The notes: a model not told the origin generated them from the letters alone. A stretch of DNA of 64,000 nt from Polyangiales bacterium (GCA_038231275.1 JBBRLQ010000005.1:128001-192000); one strand, 5' to 3'; positions 9,640-20,488 are shown, numbered from the stretch's first letter. Numbers and translations are program-made.

Positions 9640-11376
9640 CTACGGACCGCGGCTCTCGGGCCCGCCGGGCTTGGTGAGGTTCGGCGCCTGCGGGGGCGCG
9701 TGCATGTTGCTCATGAGATCTTGGAGGAGGTCACGCGCCTCCGGCTTGGCCTTGAGGTGGTTCAAGAGCAGCGTGGACACCTCGCTGAACGCCTTCTCGA
9801 AGGCGAGTCCTTCGCGAGTGCGCGCCGCGACCTTCTCGCGGCCGCTCGCGAGATCCTCTTCGAGCGCCTCGGCGTAGCGCGAGAGCTGCGCGCGGAGCTC
9901 GTCGATCTGGCGACGCAGGTCGCGTGCGTGCGCGTCCTTCACGCTGGCCTTCTTGTCGCGCTCGATGAGCTGCTCGCGCCGAGCTTCGAGGAGGGCCTGC
10001 GCCGCGCCCGCGCGCTCGTACACCTGGCGCAGCTGTGCCGGAATCGACGCCGCGGCGCCCGGCGCGTCCGCCGCCTGCTTCGCCTGCGCCGCGCCGCGCT
10101 CGGCCTGCGCGACGAGATCGCGAATGCGCGCGGCTTCTTGCTGCTCGGCGGCGGAGTCGCGGAGCGCGCGCGACTCTTCGTGCGCGAGCTCCTCGACCTT
10201 TCGACCGATCTCCGCGCGCAGCGCGCGACCGCGACGCTCGAGCGACTCGAGCTTGCGCGTGTGGCTCGCGACCTCTCCCTCGAGGCGCGTCGCGCGCGAC
10301 GCCAAGTCCCACGCCTGCGACACCGCGCGCGTGATCTCCGGCGGCGCGTTCCCCTGCGGGTACGCGCGGCTCACCATGCGCGAGAACAGCGCGGCGCGGT
10401 TCGCCCACTCGATGACGCCCGGCGACTGCGGAGGCGGCGGCGGCGGCGGCGCGTTGACCTCGCCTGCCGAGTTGACCTCCCACGGCGTCGCGGGGAGCGA
10501 GCGCTGCAGCGCCTTCAGCTCCTCGTGCATGTGGTGGGCGTCTTGGAAACGCTTCCGACGATCCTTCTCGAGGAGCTTCAGCACCATCGCCTCGGCCGCC
10601 GGGAGCACGTCGGGCTTGATGGCGCGCGGCTTCGGCGGCGGGCTCGTGCGCTGCATCTCGAGCAGCGTCTCGCGATCGTTGGAGCGGAAGGGAAGCTGGC
10701 CGGTGAGCATCTCGAAGAAGAGGACGCCGAGCGCGTAGAGATCGCTCTGCGGCGTGGCCTCTTCGCCGCGCGCTTGCTCGGGCGACATGTACTCGGGCGT
10801 CCCGAAGACCGCGCCCTTCGGCGCGAGGCGCGGGTCCATCGCCAGGTGCGCGAGCCCGAAGTCGAGGATCTTGACGAAGTCCTTACGGCCGCCGCGCGTC
10901 GACAAGAGGATGTTGTCGCTCTTGAGATCGCGGTGCACGACGCCGAGGTCGTGCGCGCGCGCGAGTGCGGCGCACATCTGCTCGAGGATGTCGACGCTGC
11001 GCGAGAGCACCATCGGTCCACGCGCGAGCTCCGTCGAGAGCGCCGTGCCGACGAGGTACTCCATGACGAGGTAGAGCTCGCCCTCTTCCGTCTCGCCGAT
11101 GTCGTGGATGTCGATGATGTGCGCGTGGTCGACGCGGTTCGCCGCGCGCGCCTCGCGCAACATCCACGCGCGCAGGTGCGTCTCGCCGCGCAGGTCGGGC
11201 CGAATGAGCTTCAGCGCGACGACGCGATCGATGAGCACGTGGCGTGCGCGATACACGACCCCCATGCCGCCTTCCCCTGCGCGCGCTTCCAACCGGTAAC
11301 GTCCGGCGACGACGCGCCCGAGCATGGGATCTTGCGGCTTACCGGGACCAGAGGTCCTCTGGCTCGTCTGGTTCAT
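9640..11376 (-). CDS. Ser/Thr protein kinase with long C-terminal coiled coil
   Basis: GEGGMGVVY, HRDLKSDN, DFG, GTPEYMSPEQ; poly-Pro linker then E/R/A/L-rich helical region, no TM. Confidence 0.92.
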   Translation of the reverse strand: MNQTSQRTSGPGKPQDPMLGRVVAGRYRLEARAGEGGMGVVYRARHVLIDRVVALKLIRPDLRGETHLRAWMLREARAANRVDHAHIIDIHDIGETEEGELYLVMEYLVGTALSTELARGPMVLSRSVDILEQMCAALARAHDLGVVHRDLKSDNILLSTRGGRKDFVKILDFGLAHLAMDPRLAPKGAVFGTPEYMSPEQARGEEATPQSDLYALGVLFFEMLTGQLPFRSNDRETLLEMQRTSPPPKPRAIKPDVLPAAEAMVLKLLEKDRRKRFQDAHHMHEELKALQRSLPATPWEVNSAGEVNAPPPPPPPQSPGVIEWANRAALFSRMVSRAYPQGNAPPEITRAVSQAWDLASRATRLEGEVASHTRKLESLERRGRALRAEIGRKVEELAHEESRALRDSAAEQQEAARIRDLVAQAERGAAQAKQAADAPGAAASIPAQLRQVYERAGAAQALLEARREQLIERDKKASVKDAHARDLRRQIDELRAQLSRYAEALEEDLASGREKVAARTREGLAFEKAFSEVSTLLLNHLKAKPEARDLLQDLMSNMHAPPQAPNLTKPGGPESRGP

Positions 11377-11547
11377 TTACCGTTGTCTCTCCGAGGCGAT
11401 AAGTTCACGTCGCGAGTGAGGGTACCGCAACGACAAGGCTACATGGCCCAGGGCGCGCAAGGGAACTCCTACTCGTTCCGTCTACGAACGGCGCGGGCGC
11501 ATGTAAGATAAAGGGGCCAACGGCCACCCGACGCGTTTCGGCGCTCC

Positions 11548-12237
11548 TCAGAACGCGACGCTGAGAACCGGCATGCGGACCATCGTCTGCTGCGGCACGC
11601 CCAGCTCCTTCAGCTCGCGTGCAGAGTACACGGGTTTCACGTCCGGCACGGGGACGCCCATACGGAACGCGCCGCCGTGCAAATCGAACAGCGACTGCGG
11701 GGGCGGGGCGGGCGTGGGGGCCGGTGTCGGTGCCGGCGGGGTCGTCGCGCCGCCGCCTGCGGGCGGAGAGGCAGGGGAAGGCTCGGCGCCGAGCACCGAG
11801 CTGCCGCCGATCTTGCCGGGATCCGCGGCGGGGCCGACCGGAGCCTTGTCCTCGGTCGCGTCTTCGCTCGGCTTGTAGCGCGTCGCGTTCAGCATGAGGA
11901 CGACGGCCGGGATGACGAGCCCGAGCCCGCCAGCCAGCATGTACATGGGCACGCGCCCGTCGGTGGAGGCGTTTTCGATCGCCCAGCCGCCGAGGCCGCC
12001 GCCGATCGCGCCGGCGCCGGCGCCGACCGCGTACATCCAGCCTTCTTTCAGACCGATGAGCGACTCGGTGATCGTCACCACCTCGGCGCCGAGCAGGGAG
12101 CCGCCGACGATTCCCTTCCCGCGGGGGTTCACTTCTTCGGCGTGCGCTTCGGGCGCGAACGCAATGAGGGACGTCCCCGCGAGGATTGTGGCCGTCGCGG
12201 CGGCGGTGAAGCGCTTCAAGGTCTTGGTGGTGCGCAT
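11548..12237 (-). CDS. Hypothetical exported/membrane protein
   Basis: Signal peptide ending AHA, Gly-rich hydrophobic helices, Pro-rich linker, C-terminal Phe; AGAGGA RBS. Confidence 0.7.
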   Translation of the reverse strand: MRTTKTLKRFTAAATATILAGTSLIAFAPEAHAEEVNPRGKGIVGGSLLGAEVVTITESLIGLKEGWMYAVGAGAGAIGGGLGGWAIENASTDGRVPMYMLAGGLGLVIPAVVLMLNATRYKPSEDATEDKAPVGPAADPGKIGGSSVLGAEPSPASPPAGGGATTPPAPTPAPTPAPPPQSLFDLHGGAFRMGVPVPDVKPVYSARELKELGVPQQTMVRMPVLSVAF

Positions 12238-12400
12238 GAATCCTCTAGAGCGGAGCCTTTGGCGGAACGATGGCCTAACAAGAGCCTGATGCGTTAGGTG
12301 GCGTGAACCTATCACGGCGTTCAACCGCGCGTCACGATGGAGCCGCACGCCAAGGATTCGGGCGAAGACCGCAGCCGTGGGGGTGTGGTAGCACCGCGAA

Positions 12401-13399
12401 ATGCTTCGACGAACCGCGCTGCGCGCTTCGGCGTCCGTGACGGGGCTCGTCCTCGTCGCGGCGGGGCTCGCGGCCGCGGTTCGCCTCCTTCCGTGGCTGC
12501 TCGACGCGCGCGTGCCGGTGCATGTGGCGTTGCCGTTCGCGCGTGGGCTGCTCGCGATCGCGCTCGAGGCCGCGCTCCTCGTGGGGTGGCCGATCGGCTG
12601 GGCGCTCGCGACGCACAGGCTCGTCGAGCGAGGCGAGGCGCTGGTCCTGCAGTCCCTGGGGGAGGCGCCGCCCGTGACGCTCCGGCGGCTCGCTCCACAA
12701 GGGCTCGCGTTCGCGGCGCTGCTCGCGGCGGCGTCGCTCGTAGGTGGCCGCGACGCGCGTGAGCCCGGTCGCGTCGTCACCGAGCTTCTCGAGGAGGGTC
12801 GCGTTGCTTGCCAGCGCGCGCACCATCCCTCGTCGTTCGCGGTGCCGTTCTCCGGCACCACGTGGCTCTGCCGTCCCGACGCCTCGCCGCGCCTCGTCGG
12901 CCGCGCGCCCGGAGCTCTCACGGGCGTCTTCTTCAGCGCCCGCGCGGCGCGCGTCAGCGGCGACCTTCGTCAAATCGAGCTCGAGGACGCGCGCCTCGCG
13001 CTCGGAGGAGGTGGCGGCAGCGAGGCCGGGCACGCCGGCATCGTGCACGTCGGCACGCTCGCGCTTCGTGGCCTCCCGCCGTGGGCTCAAGCGTCGACCC
13101 TCCCTTCATGGCTCCGCGCCGCGCTCCTCGCGATCTCGGGCGCGCTCGCCGCGGTGCTCGCCGCGCTCGCCGCCCTTCGCCGTCGTCCTGCTCCGCGCGG
13201 GAGGATCCACGCGATCCTCGTGGGCGCGGCCGGCCCTCTCGCCGCCCTCGCGTTCCTTCGCGTGCTTGAGCGCACCGAGGCCGTCGCGGCCGTCTACCTC
13301 GCCGTCCCGCTGGCGTGCGCAGCGGTGGTCCTCGGCGCCGCGTACCTGGTGGAGCGCTCGCTTCGCTTGCTAGACGAGCGGGCCGCTGCTACCAAGTAG
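12401..13399 (+). CDS. Membrane protein, weak LptF/LptG-like
   Basis: 3 TM + soluble region + 3 TM layout; L.ERGEALVLQSLG resembles the LptF/G E..AL.A.G motif. Confidence 0.45.
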   Translation: MLRRTALRASASVTGLVLVAAGLAAAVRLLPWLLDARVPVHVALPFARGLLAIALEAALLVGWPIGWALATHRLVERGEALVLQSLGEAPPVTLRRLAPQGLAFAALLAAASLVGGRDAREPGRVVTELLEEGRVACQRAHHPSSFAVPFSGTTWLCRPDASPRLVGRAPGALTGVFFSARAARVSGDLRQIELEDARLALGGGGGSEAGHAGIVHVGTLALRGLPPWAQASTLPSWLRAALLAISGALAAVLAALAALRRRPAPRGRIHAILVGAAGPLAALAFLRVLERTEAVAAVYLAVPLACAAVVLGAAYLVERSLRLLDERAAATK

Positions 13400-13473
13400 A
13401 GGAAATCCGGGCACATCCCCGTCTTCGTCGTCGCCCCATCCTCGCCCACGCCAACGAACAAGAAGAGGCCACC

Positions 13474-13746
13474 ATGGGTAGCATCGGAGCCCCCGAGCTG
13501 ATCGTCATCGCGCTGATCGCGCTTCTCCTCTTTGGAGCCGGCCGCATCGCGGACATCGGCAAGGGCCTCGGGCAGGGCATCAAGAACTTCAAGCAGGGCT
13601 TGAAGGAAGCGGACGACGTCGGCAAGGACGGCAAGAAGGCCGACAAGGCCGATGCTCCGAAGGACGAGAAGGTCGACGCGAAGGCCGACAAGGCCGACAA
13701 AGAGGACAAGGTCGAGAAGACCGACGCGAAGGCGAAAGAGGCCTGA
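13474..13746 (+). CDS. tatA: Twin-arginine translocase TatA/TatE subunit
   Basis: MGSIGAPELIVIALIALLLFGAGRIADIGKGLGQGIKNFKQGL, charged tail. Confidence 0.93.
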   Translation: MGSIGAPELIVIALIALLLFGAGRIADIGKGLGQGIKNFKQGLKEADDVGKDGKKADKADAPKDEKVDAKADKADKEDKVEKTDAKAKEA

Positions 13747-13747
13747 C

Positions 13748-13828
13748 GTGGTCACCGGGGTCGTTCTCTTTTTCATCGTCGTCGCGGGCGCGGTGATCTG
13801 GTTTCGGATCGTCAAGGCGCGCAACTAG
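13748..13828 (+). CDS. Putative 26-aa single-TM small protein
   Basis: GTG 1 nt after tatA stop, AAGAGG upstream; MVTGVVLFFIVVAGAVIWFRIVKARN. Confidence 0.45.
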   Translation: MVTGVVLFFIVVAGAVIWFRIVKARN

Positions 13829-13841
13829 CCTCGCCCAGGCG

Positions 13842-14612
13842 TCATCGGACGATGTCGACGCGCACGTCGTCGATGTAGATCACGTAGTCGGCGCTGGAGT
13901 CGGGCAAAACGTACGTGACGCCGACACGAGCCGATGGCGCGATGCGCCCGTACGGGAAGCTCGCTTTTTTGCTCTCGATGAGAACGTCGTCGACCTTCAA
14001 CGTGACGTTGGCCACACCCTCGAGCACGACGTCGATCTCGATGTGCACGAAGGCATTCTGTGACAGCGGCGTCCTGGCGAAGGAGACGAGAGTCGACGCG
14101 TCGACCCTGAGCTCCTCCTCGGAGAGCTGCATGACTCCGTCCGCGATCGTGAGGAACAAAGTCTCCGTGCGATCGAGGTAGCTGAAGACCAGCTCGGTGA
14201 GGTTTGCCGGTCGAATGACCGGCGGCACGAAGAGGAAGAAGGAGAGCTTTATCTCGCGCGCGAGGTCGAAGGTCTTCGAGATCGCGCCGCGCGTCAGCGG
14301 GGACACCGTCGCGCGGACCGAGCGCTCGCCGAAATGGTGCTGCGCGGAGGTAATCGCCATGGAATCCGCTCCGAAGAGGCCGGCCGGTGGGTTCCAGGCG
14401 TCGCCCGTGAGATCAGCCCGCTCGAAGCCGTCGCAGAACGTCGCTCCAGTGCAGTAGCCGTCGGGCTCCGCGTCGCCGGTCTGGTTCATGAGCGCGTCGC
14501 TTGCGCCGTCCGCGGCGGCGTACCCGACATCGTCCAGGGCGAGGAGCTTCCCGCAGGCGATCGACGCCCACGCCGCGACTGCGACGAGCACGAGTCGGCG
14601 CGCGGACGTCAT
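13842..14612 (-). CDS. Hypothetical lipoprotein, beta-sandwich (lectin/lyase-like)
   Basis: Lipobox-like SIAC; FCDGFE and IYIDDVRV motifs. Confidence 0.65.
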   Translation of the reverse strand: MTSARRLVLVAVAAWASIACGKLLALDDVGYAAADGASDALMNQTGDAEPDGYCTGATFCDGFERADLTGDAWNPPAGLFGADSMAITSAQHHFGERSVRATVSPLTRGAISKTFDLAREIKLSFFLFVPPVIRPANLTELVFSYLDRTETLFLTIADGVMQLSEEELRVDASTLVSFARTPLSQNAFVHIEIDVVLEGVANVTLKVDDVLIESKKASFPYGRIAPSARVGVTYVLPDSSADYVIYIDDVRVDIVR

Positions 14613-14677
14613 TGGGTGAGTGTAGCCGAGCCGGGCGCGAGAGCCGCGGCCCATCGAGCTGTGATAGATCCGTTGGG

Positions 14678-15898
14678 GTGTCCCTCGCCCTCGCCAAGCG
14701 CCTCGAGGCTGTCCAACCGAGCGTGACCCTCGCCATGAACGCGCGCGCCGCGGCGCTCCGTGCGACGGGCGTCGACGTCTTCGCGTTCGGTGTCGGCGAG
14801 CCCGATTTCGAGCCGCCGCCGTTCGTCATCGACGCGGTGAAGCGCGCGCTCGAAAAGGGCGGCATCTCTAAGTACACCGCCGTCACCGGCATCGCGCCGC
14901 TCAAGCAGGCGATCTGCGATCGCGTCGAGCGGACGCGCGGGTTCCGGCCGACGCCCGACATGGTGACCGTCTCGGTCGGCGCCAAGCACGCGCTCTTCAA
15001 CCTCGCGATCGCGCTGTTCGAGCCAGGGGACGAGGTCGTCTTGCCCGCGCCGTGCTGGGTCAGCTACCCCGAGCAAGTGCGAATGATGGGGGCCACGCCG
15101 GTCCTCGTGCCGAGCGACGAGGCGAGCGGATGGCGAATCACGGCCGCTCAGCTCGAGGCGGCGATCACACCGAAGACGAAGGCCGTGCTCCTCTGCACGC
15201 CATCCAACCCGACCGGCGCCGCGTACGGCGAGACGGAGATGCGGGAGATCTGCGCCGTGATGCGCAAGCACGACGTCTGGCTCATCGTCGACGAGATCTA
15301 CTCGGAGCTCGTGTACGACGGCCAGTCGCACGCGTCGCCCGCCGCGCTCGCGCCGGATCTGTTGCCGCGCACGATCCTCGTCGACGGCGTCTCCAAGACG
15401 TACGCGATGACCGGCTGGCGCATCGGTTGGTCAATCGCGCCGAGCTCGCTCGCGAAGGCGCTCGACACGGTGCAGGGGCAGAGCACGACGAACCCGACGG
15501 CCATCGCCCAGTACGCGGCGCTCGCGGCGCTGACCGGCTCGCAAGAGGAGGTCGCGCAGATGCGCGCGACGTTCGAGAAGCGCCGCAACGCGATGATCGC
15601 CGGGCTCAACCACTTGCCGGGCGTCTCGTGCCGCACGCCGGAGGGCGCGTTCTACGCCTTCGCCGACTGCCGCGGCCTCTACGGCATCGACTACGGCGGC
15701 AAGCCCATCGCGAACGACGAGGACGTCGCGTTTTGGCTCCTCGAGAAGGCGCACGTCGCCAGCGTCCCCGGCGGCGCGTTCGGGGCGCCGGGGCACGTGA
15801 GGTTCAGCTACGCCACGAGCGAAGAGCGGATCGGCGCAGGCATCGCCGCCATGGCGCGCGCGATCGCCGGCGCCTCACGCATCGCGAAAAAGGGCTGA
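14678..15898 (+). CDS. PLP-dependent aminotransferase class I/II (aspartate aminotransferase-like)
   Basis: GEPDF, GAKHAL, PSNPTG, DEIY, SKTYAMTGWRIG. Confidence 0.94.
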   Translation: MSLALAKRLEAVQPSVTLAMNARAAALRATGVDVFAFGVGEPDFEPPPFVIDAVKRALEKGGISKYTAVTGIAPLKQAICDRVERTRGFRPTPDMVTVSVGAKHALFNLAIALFEPGDEVVLPAPCWVSYPEQVRMMGATPVLVPSDEASGWRITAAQLEAAITPKTKAVLLCTPSNPTGAAYGETEMREICAVMRKHDVWLIVDEIYSELVYDGQSHASPAALAPDLLPRTILVDGVSKTYAMTGWRIGWSIAPSSLAKALDTVQGQSTTNPTAIAQYAALAALTGSQEEVAQMRATFEKRRNAMIAGLNHLPGVSCRTPEGAFYAFADCRGLYGIDYGGKPIANDEDVAFWLLEKAHVASVPGGAFGAPGHVRFSYATSEERIGAGIAAMARAIAGASRIAKKG

Positions 15899-15901
15899 TC
15901 C

Positions 15902-18052
15902 GTGCGCATCCGACGGCTCGCGATCGTCGCAGCCCTCGTCGTCCTCGTGCTCGCCGCGGGCGGAATTTTTCTGTGGCTGCGACTGCGCGCGACGGAGCCG
16001 CGCGAGCGCACCGTCACGACGTACTGGGAGGCCGACGGGCCGAGCGTCAGGCCTCGACGCGAATCGTGCACGACGTGCCACAAGGCGCACCCGAAGGCCG
16101 AAGCGCTCGTCGCGAAGCATCCGACGCTCACCTTCGGTTGCACCTCCTGCCACGGCGGCGAGGGCGGGACGATGACGCTGCCGCACCCGCGCGTCGTGCT
16201 GAAGGAGGCCAAGAAGGGGAGCAAGGACAGCAAGGCGACCCTCGAGTGGGCGAGCGAAGGCCTCGAGCCCGGCGATCGACGCGAGCCGCTCCTTCGCGTC
16301 GGCGCGCCCGCACCCGATTTTCCGGCCGGCGTCGCGCCGTGGACGATCGCCGAGTCCTCGCGCGACGCGTTCCTCCTCGCGGTGCCCGAAGTGCAGGGAG
16401 GATGCTTCAAGTGCCACGCCGCCGATGTCGAGCTCGCGGGCGCGCCCGAGCTCGCGCGCGGCCGCACGCTCTTTCGCGATCTGGGCTGTCAGGTCTGTCA
16501 CGCGGTCGCGCGTCTTCCGCCGGTGACCAAGCCCGGGCTCCCGGTGTCGGACGTCTCGCAGCGCCTGATTCCGTCGCGCGTCCTCGCGTACCTGCGCGAT
16601 CCGCGCGCGGTCGATCACGGCGCGCGGATGCCGACCGCGTGGCCGGCCGGCACCGACGACGCGGCGCGGCGCGACGAGACGATCGCGATCGCGGCGTTCC
16701 TCTTCGAGCGAAGCGAGAGGCGTGAGCGTGAGCACGCCGGTCCGAACGTCGCACGCGCCGCGGTGGTCGCGGGCGCTTCGGCGGAGGAAGGGAAGCTCTT
16801 CTACGACGCGTTCGGGTGCAAAGGCTGCCACGACGACGCGCCTCCCGCGCGCGCGCTCGCGCCGAGCCTCGCCGCCGCGGGTGACGCGTGGACCGAGGAC
16901 TGGCTGGCGGCCTGGTCGCGCGATCCGAAGGGAATTTACCCGAGCGCGAGGATGCCGAGCGAGCGCCTCTCGGCGCGCGAGGCGGCCAGCGTGGCGAAGT
17001 ACCTCGCCTCTCGCCATGGCCTCGGGCGCGCGTCCGACGAGGACGTCGCGAAGGTGATGGATCCGACGCGGCGCGCGGAGCGGATGCGATGCGCGCCCGC
17101 GGGCGGTGGCGGCGAGATGTCACGTACGCAATGCGGCGAGCTCCTCGTCGTGCGCTACGCGTGCGTCGCGTGCCACGATCTCGAAGGTGCCGAGCCGGCG
17201 CGCGCGCCTGGGCCACCTCTCGACGGGTTCGCCGGTCGCGCCCGGCTGAGCCCGCGCGCGACCCTCGCGAAGCTCGACGCGCCGCGCGCAGCAGACCCGA
17301 ACGCGCGGATGCCCGACCACGATCTCTCGAGCGACGAGCTGCGTGCGGTGATGGTCTTCCTCGCGGGTCTCGGCGACGTGACGCCGGCGCCTCCCGCCGA
17401 CGCGTCCGAGCGCCCGGATCGTCGCGCGCGCGAGGCGGGCCGTGCCCTCTCGCGTGAGCTTCAATGCGGCGGATGCCACGACGCGGGGAGAATGCGCGGG
17501 GTCCCGTCGCTCGCGGGCGAGGCCGCGCGGGCACGCCCCGAATGGCTCTTTTCGATGCTCGATCGCCCCGAGCGGCACGGCGTTCGCCCCGAGCTTCATC
17601 CCGAGTGGGTCTACGGCGACCTCGTTCCGCGGTCGAAGCTCGCCGCGCGCATGCCGAGCTTCGCGCTGCCCACCGAAGGCGCGACGGCGATCGTGCGCGC
17701 CCTCGCCGCCGAGAGCAACGCGAGCTTCCCCTTCGCGCCCGCGCGCCCCAAAGCGCTGTCGCCGGACGAGCGCGCCGCGTCGGCCGCCGCCCTCAACGTC
17801 CAGTGCATGACGTGCCACTACCTCGGTGAGCTCCCGCGCGAGCGCGCAAAGTCCGACGCGCCGCTCGCGCCGAGCCTGTCGCGCGCAAACGAGCGCCTGC
17901 GCGAAGAGTGGGTCCGCGCCTTTTTGCCCGGCCACGTGAAGGCGACGCTGCCCGCGAGGCTCGTCGACTTCGTCTTCTGGCTCCGCGAAGGCACGGTCCT
18001 GCCGCGCCCCGGCGAAGAGGCGCGCGCACCGGTGCTCGGGTTGGGGGATTGA
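15902..18052 (+). CDS. Membrane-anchored multiheme cytochrome c (8 CxxCH)
   Basis: N-terminal TM; CTTCH, CTSCH, CFKCH, CQVCH, CKGCH, CVACH, CGGCH, CMTCH; repeated RMP distal-Met motifs. Confidence 0.85.
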   Translation: MRIRRLAIVAALVVLVLAAGGIFLWLRLRATEPRERTVTTYWEADGPSVRPRRESCTTCHKAHPKAEALVAKHPTLTFGCTSCHGGEGGTMTLPHPRVVLKEAKKGSKDSKATLEWASEGLEPGDRREPLLRVGAPAPDFPAGVAPWTIAESSRDAFLLAVPEVQGGCFKCHAADVELAGAPELARGRTLFRDLGCQVCHAVARLPPVTKPGLPVSDVSQRLIPSRVLAYLRDPRAVDHGARMPTAWPAGTDDAARRDETIAIAAFLFERSERREREHAGPNVARAAVVAGASAEEGKLFYDAFGCKGCHDDAPPARALAPSLAAAGDAWTEDWLAAWSRDPKGIYPSARMPSERLSAREAASVAKYLASRHGLGRASDEDVAKVMDPTRRAERMRCAPAGGGGEMSRTQCGELLVVRYACVACHDLEGAEPARAPGPPLDGFAGRARLSPRATLAKLDAPRAADPNARMPDHDLSSDELRAVMVFLAGLGDVTPAPPADASERPDRRAREAGRALSRELQCGGCHDAGRMRGVPSLAGEAARARPEWLFSMLDRPERHGVRPELHPEWVYGDLVPRSKLAARMPSFALPTEGATAIVRALAAESNASFPFAPARPKALSPDERAASAAALNVQCMTCHYLGELPRERAKSDAPLAPSLSRANERLREEWVRAFLPGHVKATLPARLVDFVFWLREGTVLPRPGEEARAPVLGLGD

Positions 18053-18055
18053 CGG

Positions 18056-18847
18056 CTACTGGCAGTTGCCCGACACGCAGGTCGTGTTGCCGGGACACTG
18101 CGCGTCGTGATGGCACCCCGGAACGCACGCGCCGCTTTGGCAAATCATGCCGGAGCCGTCGTTGCCCGGGTTGCAGTCGCCGTCCGACGCGCAGCTCGCG
18201 CCGCCGCTGCTCGATGTCGAGGAGCCGCTGCTCGACGACGACGATCCACCGCTCGACGATCCGCCGCTCGACGACGAAGAACCGCCGCTTGAGGAACCTC
18301 CGCTCGACGACGACGACGACGACGACGATCCGCCGCCACTGCCGTCGCACGGGCCGACCGGCAAGCTCGTCACCTCGACGTGCACGACGTACTTGCCGGG
18401 ATGCGAGTGGATGTCGCTCCACCCGAGGCTCGACTCGCCGAAGAAGTAGCGTCCCAGCGCAGGGGAGGCGTCGAGGACCGCGATGCCGGCGTTCGACTCG
18501 ACGAAGCTCGCAGGCCCGGCGTCGGCGGTGCGCGCGACGGCGCACTTTCCGTTCGCCGTGATCATGAGGCGCTTGTTGCAGCCGTAGCGCTGGCTCGAGG
18601 CGACGTACCAGTCGCCGGCGTTGCGCGAGTTGCCGCCGCACGCGAGGGGCTGGAAGTCGCCGGGGCCGCCGAACGTGGTCATGCCGTAGGAGGTGTGGAT
18701 GCTCTTGCTCATCGCCTCCTCGCTCGCGGTGCCGGCGGTGCCCTCCAGAGGAGCGCCGCTGCAGTGGACCGACAGAACGGCGACGGCGGCGAGGGCGACC
18801 GGCGACAAGGCGCGAACGAAACGGCTGGAAACGTGCAATTTTACCAT
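18056..18847 (-). CDS. Secreted lipoprotein with RlpA/expansin-like DPBB domain, Ser/Gly linker and Cys-rich tail
   Basis: Signal/lipobox; T.F...ACG...VA.....GC..L.IT.NG....DAGP...LDASPA pattern; (SSSSGG)n linker; C-terminal Cys repeats. Confidence 0.6.
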   Translation of the reverse strand: MVKLHVSSRFVRALSPVALAAVAVLSVHCSGAPLEGTAGTASEEAMSKSIHTSYGMTTFGGPGDFQPLACGGNSRNAGDWYVASSQRYGCNKRLMITANGKCAVARTADAGPASFVESNAGIAVLDASPALGRYFFGESSLGWSDIHSHPGKYVVHVEVTSLPVGPCDGSGGGSSSSSSSSSGGSSSGGSSSSSGGSSSGGSSSSSSGSSTSSSGGASCASDGDCNPGNDGSGMICQSGACVPGCHHDAQCPGNTTCVSGNCQ

Positions 18848-19116
18848 GATCAAAGAGCCTCCACGGGGACGAGCTAGTCCAAGTTCCGTGCCTTCCGGTG
18901 CCGCTGTACAATGATGGTGGCGCGGCCCGAAATGGCGACGAACCTGGCGAAACGTGCGACCCGCGCGTCCGGGCAGGCGGATCCTTTTTGCACCGGGTGG
19001 TCACCCGCGCGCGACACGATCGGGCTCGGAGACGCGCCTCCGCGGACGATTCCAGTGGCACGCGCACGCCCGGGCCTCGCGGTTGGAAGATTCCTCAGCG
19101 CGCTCCGGTGTCGCTC

Positions 19117-19131
19117 CGGCATCGCGCTTGC
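19117..19131 (+). promoter_or_regulatory. Candidate sigma54 promoter of the EBP gene
   Basis: CGGCATCGCGCTTGC (GG-N10-GC with TTGC), 15 nt before ATG 19146. Confidence 0.6.
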
Positions 19132-19145
19132 TGAGGAGGTGGGAG

Positions 19146-20291
<1,146 letters not shown>

Positions 20292-20488
20292 AAAATCTGG
20301 TCGGTCGATCGTCCACCACCGCGACGGGTCGCCCGGATGTCGACGGGATGTGGCGAAATTCCCCGCGTCTCCCGGTCTCGCGCGCGTCGCGGAAGGTGTC
20401 GCGAAATCGGCCCGCGTACCGGGCTACCCATGACAGCGGTGCCACCCTCTGCAGGCCTCCGTGCGATTTTTCCCGCGGGCTTTTGTCG

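Noticed and set aside
18200-18340. GACGAC/CCGCCGCTC repeats as a non-coding array
   Set aside because: They encode the Ser/Gly linker of the minus-strand gene
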